Shown here: piece after piece, positions 38,709 through 48,676 of the stretch | How positions within the stretch are numbered: the stretch's first letter is position 1 | How the letters are laid out: each line of letters opens with the position of its first letter | DNA from: a virus | Lineage: Duplodnaviria; Caudoviricetes | Length of the DNA: 58,346 bases | Reading direction: 5' to 3' (one strand) | Virus record (IMG/VR): IMGVR_UViG_3300044655_000081 | Location: 1-58,346 of that record | Made by a program: the position numbers and the translations under genes | Notes under the pieces: generated by a model | What the model was told of the DNA's origin: nothing | The model's database searches: none | What the model saw: the letters and a program-made list of their open reading frames with translations, nothing else

Positions 38709-39620
38709 TTATGCCAGTTTACCGATAGACGCTGCATCTGACGAAGCCACTTGTGGATTGGCAGAAGGTGTTGTCGTTGGTGCACCAGGCTTTGCAGCAT
38801 TGCTAGCCGTCTGGGCTCCTTCTTGCATACGAATCTCTGCTGCTTGTATTTTCTTTTGTCCGCTGAAATTCATATGACTATCTGTTCCGCTAATCTTAAC
38901 TGCACCAGATGAATTGATATCTAGACTTGCTGATTTAATTAGAGTGCCTTGACTAGACGTTACATCAACTGATCCTGCTCTTGCTTCCATCTTAACAGTC
39001 TTTGCGCTTTGTGCTAATTGTGAATTGGTGAATAGAGATAGTTGTTTCTCTGAGCCAAGATTAAGCGAACCTTTAGAAGAAGCAATAGTGGCATCTTCTC
39101 CAGCAGCCATAGCATATGACTTAGCAACCTGTCTTGATTCGCTACCAGCAACCTTGGTTGTTCTGTTACCACCAATAGCAACGTCCATATTGTTGCGAAT
39201 AACTGCATTATGACTATCTGCGGTAACATTGTAAGCACCGGTGACTGTCATATTAACATCACCATGAACAGTCTTATTATAATCACCATACACCATCATT
39301 GACCCATGACCTTTAACTGTAAGATCATGTGCACCAGTGACAGTCATTCTATTTTCACCAAAGATAATATCATATTTACCATGATGTGCAGTTACTTGAA
39401 CAGAACCATCTGGTAGAAATTGAAATGCTGATCCGCTTCTATGTTGAATAGTCATACTCTCTGAACCAGGAGTATCATCGACCATCATAGGTATATTACC
39501 AGAGCGTGTCTTGGTGATTAATTGATTGGGGTACTTACCAGCGTTTTTCTTGGTACGAGGATCTTTCGCTGATGACCACTTTTGTGGTGTTTCTTTTTTA
39601 GGGTTATCGTGTTCTGCCAT
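38709..39620 (-). CDS. gp5: gp5 C-terminal part (beta-helix spike)
   Basis: KYPNQ...TRSG....DDTPG.E.....HRSG matches T4 gp5 YPY....T.SGH..EFDDTPG.ER; followed by V.G repeats. No OB-fold or lysozyme domain. Confidence 0.8.
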   Translation of the reverse strand: MAEHDNPKKETPQKWSSAKDPRTKKNAGKYPNQLITKTRSGNIPMMVDDTPGSESMTIQHRSGSAFQFLPDGSVQVTAHHGKYDIIFGENRMTVTGAHDLTVKGHGSMMVYGDYNKTVHGDVNMTVTGAYNVTADSHNAVIRNNMDVAIGGNRTTKVAGSESRQVAKSYAMAAGEDATIASSKGSLNLGSEKQLSLFTNSQLAQSAKTVKMEARAGSVDVTSSQGTLIKSASLDINSSGAVKISGTDSHMNFSGQKKIQAAEIRMQEGAQTASNAAKPGAPTTTPSANPQVASSDAASIGKLA

Positions 39621-39629
39621 TATATCCTC

Positions 39630-40946
39630 TTACGACATAAACTTAGAAAGTGGATTGCCACCTTGAATTGTTTGCATAACTATACTCTTTAAATCAACAT
39701 CTTTATTCATGCCTTCCATCAACTGTTTCATTTGTCCTTCAGCATTTGGTGGTAGACGCTTCATCATATCCATTAGATTAGATATCTTATCACCAAACAT
39801 ATTCTGTCCGCTGCCAGAGCCAGGATTAGAAGATGGATTGCTAAGATTGTTACTCATATTCTGCTGTGGTGTTGTATTAGAATATTCAGTCTGAATATCA
39901 CCAGTTGCAGTAATAATAGTATTAGCATTACCCCAGACAGTATTTGATGTAATAACTGTATTGGCTAATTTATCTAAGCCAAACAATGTTTCATCATGCT
40001 GCAAACGATTAAGAACTTCCATCAAATCTGCTAGACAGGTAACCTGACTGAGTAGTTCCGCAGCATTATCTAGATATGTTTCATCATGAACACGGAACAT
40101 TGTGGTAAATGCAGAATGTGTTGAATTTGCATCAAGCCCCTGTGACATTGTAGCAATACTAGTCAAGGCATCTTGCATTTGTGGGGATAGGTTTTCTTGG
40201 ATTTGATCCATTCTGTTATAAGAGAGGCTAGTCTGTAACCCTTGTTGACCCTGGGCACCACCTGCTGCACCACCTCCACCCATGTTACCCATGAGACCTT
40301 GAAACATACCACCAAGAGACATGACAGACCCTGGCAAGTTATTCATCATATCCCCTGTTAGGAGATTAGAGAATTGTTGTTTAGCAGTAGGAACGTTAGT
40401 GACTTCGGGTAATTTATAACCAGTTGTTTCGAACATAGAGCCGTGAGAAGGAGTTCCCTTTAGTAGTGAGTGCTTATGCTTCTTACCTTTTTCTTTAATC
40501 TTTTTGACCTTGGCACCCTTTTCAACGGTCTCCTCGATATCTGGTGGAATATTAACACCAGTCTCACGATCAAATAGTTCTTGAAAGTATTGAGCACCTA
40601 ATAGATTCTTACCACCACCTTGGCTGCCCTTGTCATAATTAACAATATCATTAGCCTGACCAAGAATAACACCACCACTCTGTCCAGGATACTTGAGAAA
40701 ATATACAAGCGCACCAGGATCCATTACACCTTGAAACGATTGCTGACCTAATGCAGTTGGTGAGTGCATTAATGGTGAGAACGCTAGATGTTCTTGTTTA
40801 ACACCTTCTGGGTCCATTGTAGAAGGTAGAATAACTTTTTGATTACCTGAATGATCTTTGGGATGATCACCATCTCCTTGTGGATCACCACCAGAAGCGA
40901 TGACACCTAATTCGATTAAGCCTAGAGGATTATTACTAATGCCCAT
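39630..40946 (-). CDS. Probable gp5 N-terminal part (divergent OB-fold) plus Met/Gln/Gly-rich region
   Basis: GVIASGGDP....D..G..KV.LP.......L......P......G...V.F......G..VILG resembles gp5/VgrG OB-fold starts; lies between gp27-like and gp5C. Confidence 0.5.
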   Translation of the reverse strand: MGISNNPLGLIELGVIASGGDPQGDGDHPKDHSGNQKVILPSTMDPEGVKQEHLAFSPLMHSPTALGQQSFQGVMDPGALVYFLKYPGQSGGVILGQANDIVNYDKGSQGGGKNLLGAQYFQELFDRETGVNIPPDIEETVEKGAKVKKIKEKGKKHKHSLLKGTPSHGSMFETTGYKLPEVTNVPTAKQQFSNLLTGDMMNNLPGSVMSLGGMFQGLMGNMGGGGAAGGAQGQQGLQTSLSYNRMDQIQENLSPQMQDALTSIATMSQGLDANSTHSAFTTMFRVHDETYLDNAAELLSQVTCLADLMEVLNRLQHDETLFGLDKLANTVITSNTVWGNANTIITATGDIQTEYSNTTPQQNMSNNLSNPSSNPGSGSGQNMFGDKISNLMDMMKRLPPNAEGQMKQLMEGMNKDVDLKSIVMQTIQGGNPLSKFMS

Positions 40947-42151
40947 TATACTTCACCTCCACCAGCAGTTTGAGCAACGCATTCCATATTAGTAACAGAG
41001 AAGCCGCCGAGTTTAATATCGTGAACAAGAGCAGCAATAAGATATTTACCGCTACCATATACAAGTTCACCACTTGTTGATTTAGAATTGATCCATTTTA
41101 GTTCTATCATCTTGCCAGCGTGTAAGTCTAGATTGCAGGGAACAGTAATTCTTAGAGCCATCTTGTCTTTATCTAATAGACTCATTCTAGCCTGACGCTT
41201 TAATAGATGGCTTTCAGTATCTAAGTTACAACTGTTTCTGTCTTCCGCTGTTGACTCATTAGAGAAGCCTTGCTTGTAATTATACTGACCGATACCGCAG
41301 TCACAATCTTGTGTGCCACCACGTTGTGTAAAGATTTTGTGCACCATATCCATAAAGGCACCACTGTTCTGGTCTTTACCTTTATCATCGACACCGTTTA
41401 GAATATCTGTTAGATAATCAAAGTCACAGGGGAACGAAAAGTTAATAGCATAGTCATTATTGGCATATCCAGTTTCATTTTCAATATCGACTTGCTGATA
41501 TTTCTTAATCACACTACCCTGAGTCATTTTCTTTAATGAGGTAAAATAATGCTTACCACCATCTTCGTATGTCATGAAATGCACAAATGATGGATCATCA
41601 CCATCTAATGCTACGCTTGCTTGTTGTGCAATTACCTGGTAGGGGTGAATGTTCTCTGCAATATAATCTCTAGCAGGATCAGCAGAATCAACTTGCTTTT
41701 CGTTTGCTTCAACACAATGACCCAATACATGCTCAACAATCTCGGAAGGTCTGGTGCATTTCCATGATTTAGATACAAGACACTTGGCATCCAACAATAG
41801 TGTTTCATCACAGGCATGAATAACAAATTCTTCAGTCTGACCTACGTTTGTTGGCATGAACTTTCTGTCTGCCATTCTATAGACTTTTTGATTAACGCTT
41901 AGTGTAGTATTATTAGATTTGAGAGTGAACTTGATGCCACTATTCTTCCACTGATCAAAGTCTTTACCGGGAGGATTGTATATCAATGATTGCAACTTAA
42001 CCGCAGTCTGTGGACTTTGTGTCGTAAGACTTTCGATCATTAGAATTTCTTTAATCATAACTCCTTCAAGATTTGATGGTGGTCCATCGATATCGAATGC
42101 CTCGACGCTGACTATACCATGTTCTTGGAGTATATTAAAATTTTCTGCCAT
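40946..42151 (-). CDS. Baseplate hub protein, gp27-like
   Basis: Position between gp53 and gp5; F.SL..M, I.VP....L.AG..I.L, SGKYLI..L.H hub-like C-terminus. Start reassigned to ATG 42151. Confidence 0.6.
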   Translation of the reverse strand: MAENFNILQEHGIVSVEAFDIDGPPSNLEGVMIKEILMIESLTTQSPQTAVKLQSLIYNPPGKDFDQWKNSGIKFTLKSNNTTLSVNQKVYRMADRKFMPTNVGQTEEFVIHACDETLLLDAKCLVSKSWKCTRPSEIVEHVLGHCVEANEKQVDSADPARDYIAENIHPYQVIAQQASVALDGDDPSFVHFMTYEDGGKHYFTSLKKMTQGSVIKKYQQVDIENETGYANNDYAINFSFPCDFDYLTDILNGVDDKGKDQNSGAFMDMVHKIFTQRGGTQDCDCGIGQYNYKQGFSNESTAEDRNSCNLDTESHLLKRQARMSLLDKDKMALRITVPCNLDLHAGKMIELKWINSKSTSGELVYGSGKYLIAALVHDIKLGGFSVTNMECVAQTAGGGEV

Positions 42152-42152
42152 G

Positions 42153-42875
42153 TTACTTTGCGAATCTTCTGAATGATGGATATGCACCAGTTAGAATGTT
42201 AAACTCGTCCATTATCTTAGAGTGATATTCTTTTTTGATTACCTTAATCAAACGTCTATCTTCATTTAGTTGGTGTTCATAGTCATATGCATATACAATC
42301 TCACCACTAGTGGTAACTGTTATTGTCTTACCTTCGAAGTCAAATGTTTCCACAGATTGAACTGCTGCTAAAGAACCAGGGTCACCGAAATGTGGGTTAT
42401 AATAGTTATAGGGAACATCTAGATTGTTATCAGTAAGTTTAGTACCATTAACTTCGAATCTTGTTTCTGTCACTACATTATCTGGCTGCAACTCTCTTGT
42501 TACTACCATATTGTAGTGATGCACCAATGTTTCTGCGGCCTCGACTGATCCATACTTATCGATCAGATAGGTATTAAATGCGTCATAGTTAAGCGGCCAC
42601 TCAAACTGCGGATCAATGATCTGATTAGCAATAAGAACCATCCAACCAGCACCCGCATCACCATAAACTTTCTCTGCGACAATCTCTGGTGTTTCACCAT
42701 CTTCTACTTCAACCACATAATATGAATTGATGTTATTCAATACTTCCCGAATAACACGGACACGAAAGAAGATATTGGTAACAGTCTCATAATTGGGGTC
42801 AAGCAATGAACGTGTAGGATCATACTTGATCTTAGGTAACTTATCGAAATATGAATTGTATGTTAATAATGCCAT
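42153..42875 (-). CDS. gp53: Baseplate wedge protein gp53
   Basis: YF..LP.I.Y, DGETPEIVA.K.YGD....W.VL.AN.I.DP..EWP, HHY, YE...NE..R.I. Confidence 0.9.
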   Translation of the reverse strand: MALLTYNSYFDKLPKIKYDPTRSLLDPNYETVTNIFFRVRVIREVLNNINSYYVVEVEDGETPEIVAEKVYGDAGAGWMVLIANQIIDPQFEWPLNYDAFNTYLIDKYGSVEAAETLVHHYNMVVTRELQPDNVVTETRFEVNGTKLTDNNLDVPYNYYNPHFGDPGSLAAVQSVETFDFEGKTITVTTSGEIVYAYDYEHQLNEDRRLIKVIKKEYHSKIMDEFNILTGAYPSFRRFAK

Positions 42876-42879
42876 TGCT

Positions 42880-43404
42880 TTATTGGTTAAATACCCAATC
42901 CTCTACTGGAAGTTGAATTGCCATATTAAATTCGCTGGGATACACCTCAATAAACTTTGATCGAACCTGAGTAAACACGTATCTATGCACACAGGGCATT
43001 GCTAACTTCTCTAAACTTGAAAATGCTTTAAGCATATCATAATCAATCATAATCTTTGTTTGATCGTCGATGACCGCTTCACTTTTAAATCGTAGTAGCA
43101 TCTCTAGCAATGCTGCTCTGCCACCACTGTTTAGATAGTGAAGATTGATTCCTAAGAACCCGTTGCTATATCTTTCAATAGGTATACACATTGGGAACTT
43201 GTCATACTTAGGCAGATATGATCTACCAATCGGATTATACTTAAAGAAATACATACGACCTAGCATTGCAGTAGAACGACCACGCATGTCATTTGACATA
43301 ACGATCTTTCTAACTGTCTTTGGGTCTTTTGTTTCGGCTGCTTTCTCAAACAACCACTTCTGCATCTCTGCGGAAGTATATTTCTTTTTGCCTTCGTCTG
43401 CCAT
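42880..43404 (-). CDS. gp2: DNA end protector gp2
   Basis: GRMYFF.Y.P.....LP.YD.FP, F.G.NLHYL, P....Y, A..LP...F. Confidence 0.9.
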   Translation of the reverse strand: MADEGKKKYTSAEMQKWLFEKAAETKDPKTVRKIVMSNDMRGRSTAMLGRMYFFKYNPIGRSYLPKYDKFPMCIPIERYSNGFLGINLHYLNSGGRAALLEMLLRFKSEAVIDDQTKIMIDYDMLKAFSSLEKLAMPCVHRYVFTQVRSKFIEVYPSEFNMAIQLPVEDWVFNQ

Positions 43405-43408
43405 ATGA

Positions 43409-43864
43409 CTATTTATTCTTCTTATTAAACAGTTCTTTTTCGGTTATCAGTTTAAATTCCCACCCCTTGTGCTGACAATATTTAGATGCAGCATCCCACT
43501 TGGCTTGATTCACACCATATGTCATAACCTCATTGAGAAACCTTTTAGTTTGTCTCTGTGGCTTCTTAGGTACTTGTGTCTGTGCAATAGGCTTAACCTC
43601 TAGTAGCATCACCTTAACAGAACCATCTGGTGCTCGTGCTTCAACATAAAAGTCAGGGAAATATCTATGAACTTTATTATCAACAGGAGACACATAAGGT
43701 ATAATAATCTCCTCAGATGACCAAGATATAACATTAATATTATCATCTAGTGAATCCATTACTCGTTTCTCCCAACCGGAGCGATAGACTATATTGTTTG
43801 CATCACCACGATACTTGGAGGGGTTCTTCGGTCTGAAAAAACCCTGTTTGAAATTAGTTGCCAT
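43409..43864 (-). CDS. gp4: Head completion nuclease gp4
   Basis: G.F.PKNP.KY.GD..NIVYRS.WE, W.SEE..IPY.SP.D...HRYFPDF, EVKP..QT, N.AKW.AA. Confidence 0.95.
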   Translation of the reverse strand: MATNFKQGFFRPKNPSKYRGDANNIVYRSGWEKRVMDSLDDNINVISWSSEEIIIPYVSPVDNKVHRYFPDFYVEARAPDGSVKVMLLEVKPIAQTQVPKKPQRQTKRFLNEVMTYGVNQAKWDAASKYCQHKGWEFKLITEKELFNKKNK

Positions 43865-43876
43865 TATATACCTCTG

Positions 43877-43883
43877 CTAAATA
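43877..43883 (+). promoter_or_regulatory. Late-promoter-like CTAAATA upstream of the plus-strand baseplate operon
   Basis: TAAATA core 30 nt upstream of the gp48 ATG and its GAGG, in the divergent intergenic gap. Confidence 0.55.
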
Positions 43884-43912
43884 TATGTAGCATACTTTTA
43901 TAGAGGAAACAA

Positions 43913-44746
43913 ATGAAATCAACTTGGGCAGATACGTTTAACACAATGTTTGGTGCGGCATCAGATAGTGTATCAGGTGCTATCAATAGGGTTACCGATA
44001 CAGTATCAGCAGCAGCGAGAGATAAAGCCGTTGCGTTTCTTGAAAGTGCTGGTGGTGAGAAACAGTATCCATATGATGAAAATAGATTCCCTGAGGATCT
44101 TGGTGATGATCAAACGGGACATTATCTAAGAATATCCGTCTATACAGGTGGTGCACAAGCAACAGGTTCTCTCGGACTTAACCCACCAAACTATAACGCA
44201 TATACAGCATATCTGTTTATTCCTGGTGCGGCACCGGGTGAACAAATGCCATTGATCTATGATATGAACCATAACTTTACTGATATTAGATTGACAAACA
44301 TTATCAATGACAGTCTGTTAGGTGTCACCGCTTCACTAGCAACCAGAAGGGCAATTAACCCAATGGTTCAGGTTCTCTATAGAAGCAGCAATCTAAGACA
44401 GTTTGATTTCTCTTTTCTCATGGTACCACGTAACGAGAAAGAGTCACAGTCTATTGAGAATATTGTCAAGAATATTAGAGCATATGCAGCACCAGAGTTT
44501 TCAGGACCAGCAGTAATCGCACCAGCAGAATTTCATTTCTCAATTTGGAACAAAGACACAAGATATCCTAACACACATATACCACTTATTGAAAGATGTG
44601 TTATCAGTAAGGTGCAAGCAAACTTTGCACCACCAGGAACATTCTCTACCTTTAGAAATGGTTACCCAGTCTCATGCTTACTCACATTCTCTGCCACTGA
44701 AGTCAGACTCATTGACAGAAGAATGATTAAGGATCAAGGTTTCTAA
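43913..44746 (+). CDS. gp48: Baseplate tail-tube cap gp48-like
   Basis: NP...VLY....LR.F.FSF...PRN..ES..I..I, P..F, C.I......P.G, L.F.E. Confidence 0.8.
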   Translation: MKSTWADTFNTMFGAASDSVSGAINRVTDTVSAAARDKAVAFLESAGGEKQYPYDENRFPEDLGDDQTGHYLRISVYTGGAQATGSLGLNPPNYNAYTAYLFIPGAAPGEQMPLIYDMNHNFTDIRLTNIINDSLLGVTASLATRRAINPMVQVLYRSSNLRQFDFSFLMVPRNEKESQSIENIVKNIRAYAAPEFSGPAVIAPAEFHFSIWNKDTRYPNTHIPLIERCVISKVQANFAPPGTFSTFRNGYPVSCLLTFSATEVRLIDRRMIKDQGF

Positions 44747-44748
44747 TA

Positions 44749-45408
44749 ATGGCATCTTTTACCATAGAAAATCCACCTACAAATACTACAATGCTGGACT
44801 TCAATGCAGCAATTAATGATCTAGGTGCACCTGCTAAGAACTGTCGATTTGCTATTCAGATATTACCTTCGGGTTTAGGTCCGAATGGTCACTTCTTATA
44901 TAAACTTGGCTATACAAGTATGCTCAAGGACCTCACCTATCTATGTGAAGCGGTAGAGTTTCCTGGTCGTGGCTTCGAGTTCATCGAATCAAGATATTAT
45001 GGTCCTTCACAGTTTCTACCATACAACTCAAAGTATAACAACGAGTTTTCTGTTTCAATCCTAACTAGACAAAAAGCATATGAAAGACAAATGTTTGATG
45101 ACTGGTTGGAAGTTATTAACCCAACAAACACATTCGACTTTAACTACACAGATGTTTATTATGCCACGATTAGAGTATTTCAATTAGCAGAAATATCAAA
45201 TGGTGAAAAGTCACCAACAAGAGGTAAGGCATCATATCTCTGGGAACTTAAACAAGCATGGCCATTTCAGGTTAATCCACAGCAGGTTACCTGGGCTGAT
45301 AATGACGTTCTAAGATTGAATATCACATTCACATATAGATACTGGAGTAGACCAGGAAGAGATGCTATACCTGGAGGTTCACCAATACCTTTGAGTCCAG
45401 CAACATAA
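44749..45408 (+). CDS. Tail tube initiator gp54-like (gp19 fold)
   Basis: LCE.VEFPGR, ER..FD.W...I, Y...I...QL, L..AWP..V, L.VTF.YRYW; follows gp48. Confidence 0.7.
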   Translation: MASFTIENPPTNTTMLDFNAAINDLGAPAKNCRFAIQILPSGLGPNGHFLYKLGYTSMLKDLTYLCEAVEFPGRGFEFIESRYYGPSQFLPYNSKYNNEFSVSILTRQKAYERQMFDDWLEVINPTNTFDFNYTDVYYATIRVFQLAEISNGEKSPTRGKASYLWELKQAWPFQVNPQQVTWADNDVLRLNITFTYRYWSRPGRDAIPGGSPIPLSPAT

Positions 45409-45419
45409 TGGAGTAAATA

Positions 45420-46178
45420 ATGTCTTTGCCTATTGAAACGAGCAACAAACCGTTGCCCAAAATTGATGTGCCAGTTTATACAGTAAAGATACCATCGAGT
45501 CAGAAAACTATTAAGGTCAGACCATTCAACGTTAAAGAAGAAAAACTTCTACTAATGGCAGCAGAGTCTAATAGTGGTGAGGAGATTGTTAGCACGGTTA
45601 AGCAAGTGATCAATAACTGTATCGTGAGTGGAACTTTTGATGTAGATAAAGCACCATTCTTTGATATCGATTTTTTGTTTATCTTTCTACGTGCTAAGTC
45701 TATCGGTGAGTCAGTTGAGATTAATCTTACCTGCCACAATATATTGAATGATGAAGAAGGAAGAGTTTGTGGTCATACATTCAAGACCAATATGGACATT
45801 TCTAATAACGAGATTATCTATAATGATGAAGTAAAAGATGATGTCAAACTAGATAAGACCAGTGGTGTCATGATGAAATATCCAAACTATGCACTGATTA
45901 AGCAGTTGGATGACACTCCGGACAATGAGAAGAAAACCAAAATTATCATGAACTCTATTGAACACATATATGATAAAAAGGGTGTGTATTCTGCTAAAGA
46001 CTATTCATCTAAGGAACTTAAAGATTTCATTGAGGGGCTAACAGAAGAAAACTATAAGAAACTGGAATACTATATCGACAACTTCCCTTCTTTCTTAGTT
46101 AAGATCGAAGCAGACTGCCCTAAATGTGGCTTTCATCATGTTGTGAGGTATGCAGATTTCCTAGATTTTTTTCAGTAA
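45420..46178 (+). CDS. gp26: Baseplate hub assembly protein gp26
   Basis: LPKID.P.Y....PS....I..RPF.VKEEK.LL.A, FDI..LF..LRAKS.GE, C..CG; ends DFFQ. Confidence 0.9.
   Translation: MSLPIETSNKPLPKIDVPVYTVKIPSSQKTIKVRPFNVKEEKLLLMAAESNSGEEIVSTVKQVINNCIVSGTFDVDKAPFFDIDFLFIFLRAKSIGESVEINLTCHNILNDEEGRVCGHTFKTNMDISNNEIIYNDEVKDDVKLDKTSGVMMKYPNYALIKQLDDTPDNEKKTKIIMNSIEHIYDKKGVYSAKDYSSKELKDFIEGLTEENYKKLEYYIDNFPSFLVKIEADCPKCGFHHVVRYADFLDFFQ
46166..46172 (+). other. Putative -1 ribosomal frameshift slippery site (GAT TTT TTT CAG TAA)
   Basis: Seven-T run ending one sense codon before the gp26 stop; the -1 frame is open into gp51. Confidence 0.5.
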
Positions 46179-46180
46179 TA

Positions 46181-46408
46181 ATGGGTCATGACAGACTCGG
46201 GAATGTATTTAAAACGAACTTTGCATTGATGCAGCATCATCACTGGAGTTTAACAGAACTAGAACAGTTGATGCCGTGGGAAAGATATATCTACCTTGAC
46301 ATGCTAAAACAATTCTTAGATGAACAAGAGAAACTAAGAAAGCAACATGAGCAAGAACAAAAAGCAAAACTATCGCAACTAGAGCGTCAAGCAAAAATGA
46401 GAAGGTAA
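46181..46408 (+). CDS. gp51: Baseplate hub assembly catalyst gp51
   Basis: TNFALMQHH.WSL.ELE.L.PWER.IY...L signature; ATG at 46181 (or reached by frameshift). Confidence 0.9.
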   Translation: MGHDRLGNVFKTNFALMQHHHWSLTELEQLMPWERYIYLDMLKQFLDEQEKLRKQHEQEQKAKLSQLERQAKMRR

Positions 46409-48676
46409 ATGGCATTATCCTTTAAACTAACAAAAGCAAACTACGATGCTCTAAGAAGCATGAGCATGTCACAGAGAATACAAGTAGCCAAGAACGATGA
46501 AGTCGGTCAATGGCTCTTGTCTCTAATGTCACCTACTCAATTAGCAGAACTCTTCCCACTATACTATCAGAGAATGTTACCTGTAGATATATCAGGTTTC
46601 GCTAAAGCAATGCCAACGTCAATGACAATGGCCAAGCAAAGAGCAATCGAAGAACAGTTACAGAATACGGCTTCTGGAGCATCTGCCGGTGCCAATATGC
46701 AAGCAGGTGGATGGAGAAAGAAGTGGCAAGAGAGTATGACTGCTAAGGTTGGTAAGACACCACCTCCACAATTATCAGAAGAACAGAAAAAGACATATGA
46801 TGCATTGAAGTCTACACCAATGGCTGTCGATGATCCTCGTGCTAAGATGTTTGCAGGACTAGATGAAAGTCAATTATCATCTGTTGGTGTTAAAAAGATT
46901 ACACAAGATGGTAAAGACTTCTTCAAATATACTGCACCAACTGTAAGTGACGAAGAAGTAAAACGAGCAATCGCAAGTCAAGGCAATTTTGAGCAAAGAG
47001 CATCAGCCTTTATGCCAAGATTACAAAAAGATTTGAATATTACAAAAGAACAGGCAGCGGGTATTATAGGCAGTCTAGGAGGTGAAACTGGTGGGCTAAA
47101 AGCAGTTCAAGAATTACATCCAGTAATTCCAGGCAGTAGGGGTGGTTTTGGTTGGGCTCAATGGACAGGACCAAGACGAGTTGAGTTCGAACAGTTTTCT
47201 GCTGCTAGAGGATTAAGTATTACCTCTGATGAAGCAAACTATCAATTTTTGGTGCATGAACTCAAAGGTAGTGAATCAAAAGCACTTAATCAATTGAAGC
47301 AAACTGGCAGCGTCGATGAAGCAGCAAGAGTATTTACTGGTTCAGCAGCCACAGGCATTGGCTATCTGAGACCTGGAATTGAACACTACGGCTCAAGTAT
47401 TTCAAAAGCAAGACAGGCATATGGTGCAATAGGTATTACTAATGACTATTCGGATAAGTCAATGGAACTTGCTAGAGAAAAACTTATTCGCAATATGGAA
47501 GCCAATAGAATTGGTACACTAGCAGAATATACTAATGCAGGACTACCAGCACCAGGCTCACCAGAAGCCTCAGCAATCGTTGGTGATACTAAAGGTGCTA
47601 ATGCAGTTGCATCAAAGATTAAAGATCAGTTTGGTAATCTAAGCAACCCACAGTGCGTTGCTCTAGCAAAAGCGTATGTTGGTTCTAATAGTTCTGTCAC
47701 AGAATGGCGCCGTGGTTCTAATGTTATGGACGGTACACTAAAGCCAGGAACACCTATTGCTACATTCATGGATAGAAAAGGCAACCCATCTTCAATGTAT
47801 GACGGTGGACAAGGTGTCGGTGCACCAGGTAATCACACAACCCACGCTGCTGTCTTCCTAGACTATCAGAGAGATGGTGCAGGTAAGATTACAGGCATTC
47901 GTGTCATGGAGCAATACAAAGGCTCTGGAGGTGCTCATGAACGCACATATCCTGTCGGTGGCTTCGGTACTAACAATGCTGCTAACTATCACTCTATTAA
48001 TGATAAGAGTGGTGCACCATTAGGGTCTACTAATCCTATGGTACAAAACGCAGCAGTTGATCCACCTAAGACACCACTTGCCGATTATACTTCTAAAGTT
48101 CCTATGCAGGCTAACCCACCACCTAAACCAGTAGAAGCAAAGCCTGCAAACAAAGACAATGCACAACCACCTAAACAAGTAAAAGCAAATGCTAAAGGTG
48201 GTATTAACAAGATTAACACAGAACAAATCTCAGCATATCCAATCGGTGGTGCTCAAGGTGATAATGCAGTTGTTGTCAATGCACAGCAGCAACCACTCTT
48301 TACAATGAATACTAATGAGAAGATGCTTATTGATCCTAAGAAGGATACGGCACAGGTTATCCCTGATCAAAAGCCAGATGTGAGCCAGAAGCCAACACAA
48401 GATACAGGTGTTATGGATGAATTTAAAGCAGCCATTCAGGAACTTAAAAACGAGTTCTCACAGAATGATCCTGGCAAGTTTAAGCAACCTGATATGCCTA
48501 ATAGAGAGACATTCGATAAAGATACACAACAGGGTCATATATTAGATGGTATGAATGATTTGTCTAAAGAATGGTATTCAACACCTTCAATGAAACGTGC
48601 TGCATTTAGAACAGGTGGTGTTGAGACCGGTGAACCAGTAAGTAACTTCCATTATAGTCACGGTAACAGATCATAA
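46409..48676 (+). CDS. Hub/tape-measure-like protein with phage-tail lysozyme domain and Cys-His amidase-like domain
   Basis: AAGIIG.L..ETGG...GFGWAQWTG.RR...HEL (Phage_lysozyme2-like) and QCVAL...W.RG......PGT.IATF...HAAVF...I.V.EQ (BPSL0067-like); follows gp26/gp51. Confidence 0.7.
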   Translation: MALSFKLTKANYDALRSMSMSQRIQVAKNDEVGQWLLSLMSPTQLAELFPLYYQRMLPVDISGFAKAMPTSMTMAKQRAIEEQLQNTASGASAGANMQAGGWRKKWQESMTAKVGKTPPPQLSEEQKKTYDALKSTPMAVDDPRAKMFAGLDESQLSSVGVKKITQDGKDFFKYTAPTVSDEEVKRAIASQGNFEQRASAFMPRLQKDLNITKEQAAGIIGSLGGETGGLKAVQELHPVIPGSRGGFGWAQWTGPRRVEFEQFSAARGLSITSDEANYQFLVHELKGSESKALNQLKQTGSVDEAARVFTGSAATGIGYLRPGIEHYGSSISKARQAYGAIGITNDYSDKSMELAREKLIRNMEANRIGTLAEYTNAGLPAPGSPEASAIVGDTKGANAVASKIKDQFGNLSNPQCVALAKAYVGSNSSVTEWRRGSNVMDGTLKPGTPIATFMDRKGNPSSMYDGGQGVGAPGNHTTHAAVFLDYQRDGAGKITGIRVMEQYKGSGGAHERTYPVGGFGTNNAANYHSINDKSGAPLGSTNPMVQNAAVDPPKTPLADYTSKVPMQANPPPKPVEAKPANKDNAQPPKQVKANAKGGINKINTEQISAYPIGGAQGDNAVVVNAQQQPLFTMNTNEKMLIDPKKDTAQVIPDQKPDVSQKPTQDTGVMDEFKAAIQELKNEFSQNDPGKFKQPDMPNRETFDKDTQQGHILDGMNDLSKEWYSTPSMKRAAFRTGGVETGEPVSNFHYSHGNRS

